Assembly (NCBI GenBank): GCA_035289005.1
Contig: DATDYN010000059.1
Coordinates: 1-57,014, forward strand
Direction: 5' to 3'
DNA: 57,014 nucleotides
From: Candidatus Nanoarchaeia archaeon
GTDB lineage: Archaea > Nanobdellota > Nanobdellia > Woesearchaeales > UBA12501
The notes below the pieces were generated by a model, which did not search any database, had not been told where the DNA came from, and worked only from the letters and a program-made list of their open reading frames with translations. Within the stretch, counting starts at the first letter, position 1, and every line of letters starts with the position of its first letter. Shown here piece after piece: positions 8,744 to 17,489 of this stretch. The position numbers were made by a program, and so were the translations under genes.

Positions 8744-11700
8744 TCATTTAACCTGCGGCGGCCCGCCGTCAGTCCATTTGCCGCTCTGCATAGTTCCAGA
8801 GTATGTCGAGCCTGCAGGGGGCTGCGCGTCTCCATTGCCGCCCCAGATCACTGTCTCGCCGGCAGAATTCGTATAAGTATAGACTCTTATTGTTCTCCTC
8901 TTCTTCTCCCATTCATCCCTTATCTCATCAATCTTGCTTTTGCTCTGCTTTGAATTGTCAAGATTCTTCTGCGCTGCATTCACTGCGCTGGCTGCGTCAG
9001 CTGCTGCCTGATTTGCGGCATCAAGCGCCTGCTGCATCAGCTTCTTTGCCTCTATGCATTTCGGATCCTCAGGAGAGCCTTCAGAGAGCGCTTTCTCCAC
9101 TGCTGAGGACATCTTCTTCACTTTGTCAGCCATATCATTAATCCCTGACTGCAGCTTCTTCATGTCTTCAAGAGATTTCTCTCCTGACTTGATCGCATCT
9201 CCAGCATCATCAGCGATATCCTTGAGCTTTATCCCTCCCTCAAACCGTTCATTATTCCTTATCTGCGTTGCTTCAGATTCAAGTTTGTTCATCAACGCTT
9301 CCAGATCATCCATCTCAGTCAGCTTCTCATTCAGGCCTTTTAGCGAAGAAGCCATATTCTCTGACGCTTTCGCTGCCGCTCTCGCGTATTCCAGCGCTTT
9401 GTCGCAGCTCTTCTTCTGCTCTGCAGCGAGCTTAGCTTTCGCGAATTCAACAACGACTTCTGCTCTGTTGCCAGCGTCCCAGGCAACCATCACTGCGCTC
9501 CTTGAGTATTCCCAGTATTGTGAAGCTTTCCAGATCTTGCCTCTTTCACTATTGACGTCATTGATGATTTCTGAGCTGCCATCTTTAGGAGCGCAATTGC
9601 CAGGACATAAATCCAATGCCTGCACCAGCAGCGCTTTTGCCTCATCAGATTTACGCTTCGCCTCTTCACTCTTACTGCTAGCTGCCTGCGCTGCCGCTTC
9701 TGATTCTTTAGCTGCGGCTGCCGCCCTGTTCGCGGCGCCTACAGCGTCAGCTGTGCTAGTCGCGCTGTAAGAGTCTTCTGCCGCTTTCGCTGCGCGCTCA
9801 TTCGCCGCTCTCGCGTCATCATAAGCTTCTCTTGCTTCTTCAGTGAGGCTTTCCACTTCACTGACTAGCTTCTTTGCCTGCTCAACAAGAGATTTAGCCT
9901 TATCACACCCTTTCTTCGCCTCTTCGCACGCTTTTGTCTTCTTCTCTATATATCCTGGCTCTTTGTATTCGTTTATTGAATCATCAATGCTATCTATCCA
10001 TTTCTGCCTGACTTCAGGATCCATCTCCTGGGGATTTGGAACACTGGGCATCTTCCATTTGCAGAAAAGATCCCCTATGAATGCGACCCGCGAATCTCCT
10101 GCGTAGCCATAGATACACATGCAGAAGCTGTAGAAATTCAATGATGCTGAGACATCATCCGGTGATTTGAGAAAATCACGGAAATTCTCAAGACAAGAGA
10201 GTTTATCATCAGATATCCCTTTCACTGTCTCTCCGCCTTCATAGAGCTTTCTTATTATCTCGTATGCCTTAACCCATCCCTCTCCTTTAAGCTTAAGGAG
10301 CTCCCCTAGAGCGTCTCTCGCTCCGCTATCCACTTGCCCTTTGATCTCCTCGACTCCTGCGTTTGATATCTCTTCTGCTGCTGCTTCCAATATGTTCTCA
10401 TCAAGGGTTTCAGAAGTAGCTGAGAAAGTGACTGCTTTCACTCTGCCATTGATGTCAACGGGAGAATCTCCCATCATGACTCCATTGATTATAGGAGATT
10501 TAGAATCTTTCTGCGCTCCATCCGCTTCCTGACCTGAATATCTTATCAGTGTGACTTTCCCCTCATCTTCATTAGAGGATAATATGCCTACTGCGCTTCC
10601 CTGAGTGAACGCTTCTGTGAATGTGACAACTCCATCGCCATCGACTGTGGCAAGCTTCGGATCTGTTGTGCCATAATGATACTTTCCATCTGCCGCGATC
10701 TTTACCTGTTCTCCGGAAGAGACAGTCACAAGGCCGCCCATAGGCCCTGCTGAAGCGTATTCTTTCTTGTCTCCGCTGCCGAACAGCCCTGAGAAGAATC
10801 CGATCATCCCCCCGAAAAATCCTGTATTGGTCACTGTGACAGGAACAGACTGTGTTGAGGTCTTCACCCCTGAATCAGTCGTTGCTGTTATTGTCAGTGT
10901 CGCGATGAGATTTCCTGATCTCTTGAATGAATGGGTAGGATTCTGCTCTTCAGAGGCAGTTCCATCCCCGAAATCCCAGCTGTACTTCGCATCTGCGCTC
11001 TCTCCTGAAACAAGGAGATTGCTGAACTTGATCTTTGAGTCAGAGACTCTCTCCATTCCGATGACTGCTGGGTCTGCGATGTCTCTAGTTATGTCAATGC
11101 CTGTTCCTGCAGCCAATTCATCCACAGCATTGTAATCGAAAGGAGCGTCCGCAAGCAGAGAGAGGCCTATCTGAGGTCTTTCTTGCGCAGGATTTATCTT
11201 GAGCCAGTCATTTATTTTATAATTAGGGGAGTATTCATCCACTGAGTCAGTCGCTGGAATCAGAGAAGGAATATCCTGTTGAGAGGGGGTCTCATTGGCT
11301 GTTGATGTCTCATTCTTTGAGATCGTGATCCTCTGATTGCTCTCGTTCGTGAGTATTAGTCCATTGCCCCAGTCTCCTGTTTCGGAAGGCTTGATGATTA
11401 TCTTACCTCCGTCATATTTTAAGTCTATAGTCTCATGATTGTCAAAGATAAGAGTTGTGTGCGTCTTCCAGTCTGTATCGACCTCAAAAGAAAGACCGCT
11501 GAATATGCCTTCACCAGTATCCACATGAGAGGTGATGTCAATGTCATACTCCACTCTTGAAGTCGATGTTCCTATTGATATCCCTGAAGGATTATCGCTC
11601 CATTGATAGACTTTCATGTCTTCCTTGTTCATATCGCCCCAAGTGCCATAGTATTGCGCGTATTTCGGAGTCCAGGAGAGCTTTTTATCAGCGCCTGTCT

Positions 11701-12466
11701 GCGCGTCATTGAAGACTACCTCTTCTTTCCCTTTTTCGCCTGGATCCCCTATCTTCACGCCCATAGAATTAGAGAGGTATGTCTTGCCTCCGGATTCCCA
11801 AGTGTAGACAACGTAATAATATCCTTCATCGAGGTCGCTTGTTTTTAGCGTCGCGGAACATCTCTTGCCAGGATTGCTGCAGTCCTTCGCAGGATCCGCT
11901 ATTGATTCTGCCGCTCCCTCTTCATCGTCTTCCACAGAGTAGATTATGAATTTGCCAGGCAGGACAAGATTGCCATTCGCGATGAAATGAATATCCTCCC
12001 CTTCAGGGATCTCTGCAAGATTGTCCTTCACGCCGGCAGGCTTCCATTCCTGATTGACGATGAGGGGGTATTCCCAGCTCACTGTCGCTCTCTCTTTTCC
12101 TTCCCAGATATTCTCGCCGTCTTTTGATATCTCCTTGAGATAATACCATCCCTTGCCCCCGCCAAAATCGATCTGCATCAACGCACCAGTAGAAGAATAC
12201 TTGCTCGGTACGCTGGCTGTCGAGGCCACCTTGCCTACGCCCATAGAGTAAGTGACCATGAGATTAGAGCTCACATAACTCTGGCCTTTAGCTTTCTCAG
12301 CTATGTTCATGCCGTTGAGAAGGACAGAGCTGTCTTTGGCTTCGATAGTGATCTTGTCAGAAGCGGCAGGGGGAGCAGCGACAGAAGGAGCGTCGAGAGC
12401 TATCACTAAAGGAATCATTGCAAGAATAATGATGCAGAACAATGAGAATATAGAGACTGCGCGCAA
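8744..12466 (-). CDS. Large secreted protein (1240 aa) with PKD domain, Ig-like (Big_2-like) segment and a long Ala/Glu/Lys-rich helical C-terminal region
   Basis: TTG start gives signal peptide MRAVSIFSLFCIIILAMIPLVIALDAPS; PKD signature KYSWDFGDGTASEEQNPTHSFKRSGNLIATLTI (about 10829-11059); TDPKLATVDGDGVVTF Ig-like strand; residues ~840-1190 are A/E/K-rich with scattered Cys. Confidence 0.85.
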   Translation of the reverse strand: MRAVSIFSLFCIIILAMIPLVIALDAPSVAAPPAASDKITIEAKDSSVLLNGMNIAEKAKGQSYVSSNLMVTYSMGVGKVASTASVPSKYSSTGALMQIDFGGGKGWYYLKEISKDGENIWEGKERATVSWEYPLIVNQEWKPAGVKDNLAEIPEGEDIHFIANGNLVLPGKFIIYSVEDDEEGAAESIADPAKDCSNPGKRCSATLKTSDLDEGYYYVVYTWESGGKTYLSNSMGVKIGDPGEKGKEEVVFNDAQTGADKKLSWTPKYAQYYGTWGDMNKEDMKVYQWSDNPSGISIGTSTSRVEYDIDITSHVDTGEGIFSGLSFEVDTDWKTHTTLIFDNHETIDLKYDGGKIIIKPSETGDWGNGLILTNESNQRITISKNETSTANETPSQQDIPSLIPATDSVDEYSPNYKINDWLKINPAQERPQIGLSLLADAPFDYNAVDELAAGTGIDITRDIADPAVIGMERVSDSKIKFSNLLVSGESADAKYSWDFGDGTASEEQNPTHSFKRSGNLIATLTITATTDSGVKTSTQSVPVTVTNTGFFGGMIGFFSGLFGSGDKKEYASAGPMGGLVTVSSGEQVKIAADGKYHYGTTDPKLATVDGDGVVTFTEAFTQGSAVGILSSNEDEGKVTLIRYSGQEADGAQKDSKSPIINGVMMGDSPVDINGRVKAVTFSATSETLDENILEAAAEEISNAGVEEIKGQVDSGARDALGELLKLKGEGWVKAYEIIRKLYEGGETVKGISDDKLSCLENFRDFLKSPDDVSASLNFYSFCMCIYGYAGDSRVAFIGDLFCKWKMPSVPNPQEMDPEVRQKWIDSIDDSINEYKEPGYIEKKTKACEEAKKGCDKAKSLVEQAKKLVSEVESLTEEAREAYDDARAANERAAKAAEDSYSATSTADAVGAANRAAAAAKESEAAAQAASSKSEEAKRKSDEAKALLVQALDLCPGNCAPKDGSSEIINDVNSERGKIWKASQYWEYSRSAVMVAWDAGNRAEVVVEFAKAKLAAEQKKSCDKALEYARAAAKASENMASSLKGLNEKLTEMDDLEALMNKLESEATQIRNNERFEGGIKLKDIADDAGDAIKSGEKSLEDMKKLQSGINDMADKVKKMSSAVEKALSEGSPEDPKCIEAKKLMQQALDAANQAAADAASAVNAAQKNLDNSKQSKSKIDEIRDEWEKKRRTIRVYTYTNSAGETVIWGGNGDAQPPAGSTYSGTMQSGKWTDGGPPQVK

Positions 12467-12595
12467 GACGCTTATTGCCGAATAGTCAGTCCGTGCTATA
12501 CCAATGCACCTCGTTTAGGATGATGAACTGAACATTGTTTAAATATTTATTGGAATTTAGAATATGGTTACAACCTATCTTTGCCAACGCCTATC

Positions 12596-13399
12596 TCAAT
12601 CCTTCTCGATCCACCCATAACCTTTCTCTTCCAGATGGTCAACGAGCTCTGCGCTTCCTTGCTTGACTATCTTCCCTTCAGCCATTATGATGACAACGTC
12701 AGGCCTGACATGCTCAAGCAGCCGCTTGTAGTGAGTTATGAGCAGCAAAGTCTTGCCGCAGCTCTTCTTGAGATCAGACTTGCCGCTGCCCCGAACATCG
12801 GATCCGCCCTTAAAAGAGTTTATCCCTTTCGCCACCGCTTTCAGAGCGTCGATATCCAATCCTGAATCGATCTCATCAAGTATCGCGAGCTCTGGATCGA
12901 GCGCGAGCATCTGCACTATCTCTGCGCGCTTCTTCTCTCCGCCGGAGAACCCTTCATTCAGCGATCTCGAGAAGAACTCCTTGCTCATCCCGATCAGCGC
13001 GGCTTTCTCTTCAAGCATTTTGCTGAATTCAAGTATTGATAATTTCTTGCCTTCTCCGCGCACCGCATTGACTGCCGCGCGAAGGAAACTTGAGAACGCG
13101 ACTCCAGGGATCTCCACAGGATTCTGGAACGACAGGAAGATTCCTGCTCTTGCCCTCTCATCGATGCTCATATCAGCGAGATCCTTGCCGCAGTATTTGA
13201 TATTCCCTTTGGTAACTTCATATTTCGGACTTCCGATAAGGACATTGGCCAGAGTGCTCTTGCCTGAGCCGTTAGGGCCCATGATCGCGTAGGTCTTTCC
13301 GCGCTCAAGAGAGAAAGATATCCCTTTCAGTACTTCCTTGCCTTCGACCTTGACATGCAGATCCTTGACTTCAAGCATTGCCGCTTTCTTCACTGCCAT
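12596..13399 (-). CDS. sufC: Fe-S cluster assembly ATPase SufC
   Basis: Walker A GPNGSGKST, ABC signature FSGGEKKR, Walker B LAILDEIDSGLD, ITHY; ATG 13399 has GGAGG 5 nt upstream, so the longer track ORF (13450) is not used; ~15-aa insert GGSDVRGSGKSDLKKSCGK. Confidence 0.93.
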   Translation of the reverse strand: MAVKKAAMLEVKDLHVKVEGKEVLKGISFSLERGKTYAIMGPNGSGKSTLANVLIGSPKYEVTKGNIKYCGKDLADMSIDERARAGIFLSFQNPVEIPGVAFSSFLRAAVNAVRGEGKKLSILEFSKMLEEKAALIGMSKEFFSRSLNEGFSGGEKKRAEIVQMLALDPELAILDEIDSGLDIDALKAVAKGINSFKGGSDVRGSGKSDLKKSCGKTLLLITHYKRLLEHVRPDVVIIMAEGKIVKQGSAELVDHLEEKGYGWIEKD

Positions 13400-13427
13400 A
13401 ATTCCTCCGATCTGAGACTGATGATCA

Positions 13428-13823
13428 TTATGTCCTGGCTTTTTTATCACTTGCCGCTTTCTGCGCAGCTGCCTGCAAAGCTTCCAATGGGAGCAGCGCG
13501 CACTTCAGCCGCACAGGGCTGATATCTATCTGCAATAAAGAGATCACATCCTCTTTCTTGAGCTTCATGATCTCACTGACCTTTTTCCCTTTGACAGAGT
13601 CAGTCAGCAGTGACGCGGCGGCAGTATTTATCGCGCACCCGATACCATTGAACTTCACATCCTCGACCTTTCCGCCCTTGATCTTCAGTTGGATCGTTAT
13701 ATCATCGCCGCATAAAGGATTATGCGCTCTGTGCTCGCAAGTCGCTCCGATCAGCCTGCCTTTATTATTTGGATGCTGGTAGTGCTCCAGTATATTCTCC
13801 CTGTACATAGCCGCGTTATCCAT
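13428..13823 (-). CDS. sufU: Fe-S scaffold / sulfur acceptor of the IscU/SufU (NifU N-terminal) family
   Basis: 131-aa ORF with the three conserved Cys contexts NPLCGD, GIGCAI and RLKCAL. Confidence 0.88.
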   Translation of the reverse strand: MDNAAMYRENILEHYQHPNNKGRLIGATCEHRAHNPLCGDDITIQLKIKGGKVEDVKFNGIGCAINTAAASLLTDSVKGKKVSEIMKLKKEDVISLLQIDISPVRLKCALLPLEALQAAAQKAASDKKART

Positions 13824-13837
13824 GAGCCCTCAATGAT

Positions 13838-15244
13838 CTAATTCTTGCTTCCTTCTTTCCCGAAAATCTTCTTCGCGCTGATTATCGCTGCAATAAGCGC
13901 ATCAATGTCCTCAAGAGTATTGTAAAGGTAGAAGCTAGCCCTGCAAGTGCCGCTCAATCCCAGCTTATCCATGACAGGCATCGCGCAATGATGCCCTCCG
14001 CGCACACAAACTCCTTTGTCTGCCAAGAGGGAAGCGAGATCGTGCGGATGGATGCCTTTGATATTGAATGAGACAATGCTTGAGCAATGCTTCAAAGGGG
14101 GAGAATGTATCATCACCCCTGGAATGCTTTTAAGCTTCTTGAATGCGTAATCGAGCAATTCATGCTCCCATGCAGAAATATTCTTCAATCCTATGCGCTG
14201 AAGATACTTTATCGCCGCTGCCAATCCCACAGCGCCAGAGATGTCAGGAGTTCCTGCCTCGAACTTCATCGGCAATGCGTTCCATTCAGCGCTTTCATAG
14301 CTTACAGCGCTGATCATATCTCCGCCGAACAGGAAAGGAGGCATCTTCTGCAGCAGTTCCTTGCGGCCGTACAGAACCCCTATCCCTGTGGGCCCGAGCA
14401 TCTTGTGGCCTGAGAAAGCGAGAAAATCGCACTTGATCCTCTTCACATCGATAGGGATGTGCGGCACGCTCTGCGCCGCGTCAATTATCGATATCGCTCC
14501 GTTCTCACGCGCCAATCCGCACAATAATTCAACATCATTGACTGTGCCGAACGCGTTAGAGATATGGACTGCAGATACTATCGCTGCGCGAGAGGTTATC
14601 TTCCTGCGCGCGTCATCATAATCAAGAGTGAGATCATCATTCATCCTTATGAACTTCAGGATCATGCCTGAGCGTCTGGCAAGCTGCTGCCAGGGCACAA
14701 GGTTTGAGTGGTGCTCCATCTCTGTCAGGACTATCTCATTCCGCTTTCCTGACTGACTGCCATTTTCTTTAGGGGATTCACTCTCGCAGCAGCCGCTATC
14801 GCGGCATTCGCCAGAACCATCTTCACAAGAGCCGTCATCACACCTATCGCCGAATCCGCAATCATACTCTTTGCCTGCGCATCCGCACTCTTCCGCGCCG
14901 CAATCTTTTGCGAAGAGACTGCCTAAAGTGTAAGCGAGAAGATTTATGCTTTCAGTGGTGTTCTTCGTGAAGATGATCTCTTCAGGAGAGGCATTGATGA
15001 ACCTCGCTACGACCGCATGCGCCTCTTCATACTGCTTTGTGGCTTCTTCGCTCAAAAGATATACTCCCCTATGTACATTCGCGTTAGTATTCTCATAGAA
15101 TCCTGAGACTGCCTCAATGACCTCTTCAGGCTTCTGGGTTGTAGAGGCATTGTCGACAAAGATTATCGGCTTGCCATTTATCTTTTGACTGAGCAGAGGG
15201 AAATCCTTGCGCAGCTTTTTCGCGATCATGTCATTGAGCTTCAT
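13838..15244 (-). CDS. sufS: Cysteine desulfurase SufS (class V aminotransferase) with a Cys-rich insertion
   Basis: 468-aa ORF; HISNAFG, PLP-lysine motif FSGHKMLGPTG, catalytic-Cys loop RGGHHCAMP; about 55 extra residues (aa 113-168) between TTESINLLAY and IVLTEMEHHSN. Confidence 0.93.
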   Translation of the reverse strand: MKLNDMIAKKLRKDFPLLSQKINGKPIIFVDNASTTQKPEEVIEAVSGFYENTNANVHRGVYLLSEEATKQYEEAHAVVARFINASPEEIIFTKNTTESINLLAYTLGSLFAKDCGAEECGCAGKEYDCGFGDRCDDGSCEDGSGECRDSGCCESESPKENGSQSGKRNEIVLTEMEHHSNLVPWQQLARRSGMILKFIRMNDDLTLDYDDARRKITSRAAIVSAVHISNAFGTVNDVELLCGLARENGAISIIDAAQSVPHIPIDVKRIKCDFLAFSGHKMLGPTGIGVLYGRKELLQKMPPFLFGGDMISAVSYESAEWNALPMKFEAGTPDISGAVGLAAAIKYLQRIGLKNISAWEHELLDYAFKKLKSIPGVMIHSPPLKHCSSIVSFNIKGIHPHDLASLLADKGVCVRGGHHCAMPVMDKLGLSGTCRASFYLYNTLEDIDALIAAIISAKKIFGKEGSKN

Positions 15245-15265
15245 GAGTCCTCTCCTTGATCATAT

Positions 15266-16117
15266 CTATTCTTGCTTAGACTTCTTTGACGTAGATTTGG
15301 GATATAGGCTTGAATCTATCCATTCTGAAAGTATTCGCGAGAAAAGCGCGAGATGCGCTTGCTCCCGGTAAGTATGCGGAACTCCCGGAAGAACACTGAG
15401 CTGTTTCTTATTTCCTGGAATCTCTTCAAAAAGAACCTTCAGGTGCTCTAAAGGGGTTGAGTCATCCTTATCTCCGACTACAAAAAGCACTGGCATGACT
15501 ATGGCGTCTGACTGCTCGCGCAGATCGTATTTCATACGGTCTTCCATGTGGGACCATTTCAGGCGCTTCACTATTCCATGCCTGGCTTCGCTCTTCTCCT
15601 CAATCCATCCTGTCTTTCTACATTCAGCGGCAGTGTCCTTGTATTTGGCTGTCTCAAGGCTGAGTTTTCCTGAAACTACTGAAGAAAGAAGCGCAAGACC
15701 TGCGACTTTGTCAGGATGGCGCTCAGCGTACAAGCCGACGCAGATGCCACCAAGACTGTGGCCTGCAAGAACGAATCTTTCCTCATACCAGGACTGCGAG
15801 CCAGCCCACCTTATCACATCGACAAGGTCGCTGTAGTAATTAGTGACTGTGGCGTCTTCATACTTGCCCTCGCTCTCTCCGAAAGTGTTAGTGGTGTCAA
15901 ATCTGACGACAGTGTATCCTTTTGAGAGGAATACTTTCGCTGCTGCAATGATATGCGGCTGTTCTTTGTTGCCGCTAAGCCCGTGCATCACGAACGCAAG
16001 CCCTTTCTGGCGCGGAGATCTCTCTATCAGCACAACTACGCGCTTGCCTTCCCGGTTCTTTATGGTCAGTTTCTCTGATGCCAGTCTTTCAGCGCTTTTC
16101 TCAGTGATATTTGCCAT
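15266..16117 (-). CDS. Alpha/beta-fold hydrolase embedded in the suf operon
   Basis: 283-aa ORF; nucleophile elbow GHSLGG, acid VGDKDD, His in GVPHTY; same strand and tight spacing with sufD and sufS. Confidence 0.85.
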   Translation of the reverse strand: MANITEKSAERLASEKLTIKNREGKRVVVLIERSPRQKGLAFVMHGLSGNKEQPHIIAAAKVFLSKGYTVVRFDTTNTFGESEGKYEDATVTNYYSDLVDVIRWAGSQSWYEERFVLAGHSLGGICVGLYAERHPDKVAGLALLSSVVSGKLSLETAKYKDTAAECRKTGWIEEKSEARHGIVKRLKWSHMEDRMKYDLREQSDAIVMPVLFVVGDKDDSTPLEHLKVLFEEIPGNKKQLSVLPGVPHTYREQAHLALFSRILSEWIDSSLYPKSTSKKSKQE

Positions 16118-16180
16118 GTTATGTCCTCAATCAACATCGTATCTTATTAAATCTTATTGTAAAAACGGCTCTGTCCTGAA

Positions 16181-17473
16181 TCATCCTCTTCCCGTACGCG
16201 CGACCGCTGCCCTGACTGCGCTGAAGAGCAGGCTTCGCAATGAGATATCCGTAATCAATTCGATAGCTGGCAGGAGGAATCCTTCGACTATGAGCTGCGC
16301 CGCAGCTCTCTCATCAAGCCCTCTGCTCATGAGATACGCCATCCTTCCATCATCTATATCGCTTATGCTGACTCCGTGGCCGCATTTGACATCGTCATTC
16401 ATTATCTCAAGATTAGGCATAGCAGCCGCTTCCGCGCCTTTGCCTAACAATAAAGCGTCCTGCTTCTGGAATCCTTCAGAGCCTGAAGCTTCAGGATCGA
16501 TACGTATCAATCCTTTGCTGAAGACTTTTGATTCCTGCGCAAGCGCTCCACGAGTGAGCAATGAAGAGACTGTGAACTGAGACTTGTGCAGCGCTGAATT
16601 GCTGAGCATGAAGCGCTTCCTCTCCCCCACGATGAACGACGACACAGATTTAGTCGAGCTTCCTTTCTCTGCAAGTATAGATATGACCTCGCTCCTGCAG
16701 AAAGCTCCGCCGATGCAGACATCATCCCATTTCACTGCTGCCTGCTTCCCCTGCCAGGAAGTGCGGCGCTGAACTATCACTGAAGAATCATCCAAGGCCT
16801 GGACAGCTGTCACTTCAATCTCATTGTCTCCGACAGCGAAGACTCTTAAGTCTTCAGAGACATAGGATTGATTGCCTGAATAATTATGATCATCTCCTTC
16901 ATTGATCTTTCTGCCGCCCTCTCCGCTTTTCTTGACTTTCTGAACCGCTGATTTCTTTATCATGATAAGCTTCGCTGAGGATCCTTTCTCAGCGAGCACG
17001 AATATTGAAGCGAGCAAAGGCTTAGCTCCGCAGGAGTAGGTTATCAATATAGGCTTGCTGACAGCGCAATCCTTAGGGATGCGTATGAAAAGCGCATCAT
17101 TAGCGAAAGCCTGCTGATGCCATGCCAGAGCGTCAGCGTCATGCATCCAATCCTCTGTGAGAAATGCCTTGAAAAGAGCCGCGCTCTCCGCCGGCATTGC
17201 CTGAGAGACTTCGCTTGAGGAGAAGATGCTCACACCAGAACTCTTATCGTATTCGATAGCAACTGTGGAATCATGCCTTCCATTCTCAGGAGTAATATCT
17301 GAGAGCTCAAACTTCTCAGGAAAAGATATCCCTGAGAGCAAGCCCTGCCTGAAGTCAGGGATTTGAGCGGCGAGCATTCTGGCTAAAGCCGCTTTCCTGT
17401 GGTCCAGGAACCAGCCAGGCTCGCGCAGCCCTTGCGCGAAATCATTAAATTGTTCTTGTGAAGCGATTACCAT
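16181..17473 (-). CDS. sufD: Fe-S cluster assembly protein SufD
   Basis: 430-aa ORF; C-terminal SufBD core ...QKQDALLLGKGAEAAAMPNLEIMNDDVKCGHGVSISDIDDGRMAYLMSRGLDERAAAQLIVEGF; carries an internal charged insert (KKSGEGGRKINEGDDHNYSGNQ). Confidence 0.85.
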   Translation of the reverse strand: MVIASQEQFNDFAQGLREPGWFLDHRKAALARMLAAQIPDFRQGLLSGISFPEKFELSDITPENGRHDSTVAIEYDKSSGVSIFSSSEVSQAMPAESAALFKAFLTEDWMHDADALAWHQQAFANDALFIRIPKDCAVSKPILITYSCGAKPLLASIFVLAEKGSSAKLIMIKKSAVQKVKKSGEGGRKINEGDDHNYSGNQSYVSEDLRVFAVGDNEIEVTAVQALDDSSVIVQRRTSWQGKQAAVKWDDVCIGGAFCRSEVISILAEKGSSTKSVSSFIVGERKRFMLSNSALHKSQFTVSSLLTRGALAQESKVFSKGLIRIDPEASGSEGFQKQDALLLGKGAEAAAMPNLEIMNDDVKCGHGVSISDIDDGRMAYLMSRGLDERAAAQLIVEGFLLPAIELITDISLRSLLFSAVRAAVARTGRG

Positions 17474-17489
17474 GTTAGCATCAACCTTC

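Noticed and set aside
9054-9770. 238-aa plus-strand ORF (and neighbours 8803..9141, 9843..10106, 10767..11135) inside the 1240-aa gene
   Set aside because: These are antisense shadows of a GCN/GAR-rich coding strand. The products are Ser/Ala/Leu low-complexity with no start signals, and the minus-strand ORF is uninterrupted with recognisable domains.
10772-10822. Gly/Phe-rich stretch GFFGGMIGFFSGLFGSG in the 1240-aa protein as a definite transmembrane helix
   Set aside because: It is followed by an Ig-like (Big_2-type) segment that is normally extracellular, so I do not call a TM span. It is kept only as an open question in the finding.
13400-13450. 17-codon extension of sufC overlapping sufU
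   Set aside because: ATG 13399 has a GGAGG SD at ideal spacing and yields the usual SufC N-terminus (M-x-LEVKDLHV).
15843-16580. 245-aa plus-strand ORF spanning the hydrolase/sufD junction
   Set aside because: It is antisense to two well-supported genes and crosses their intergenic gap. It has no promoter or SD and a Ser/Leu-rich composition typical of shadow ORFs.
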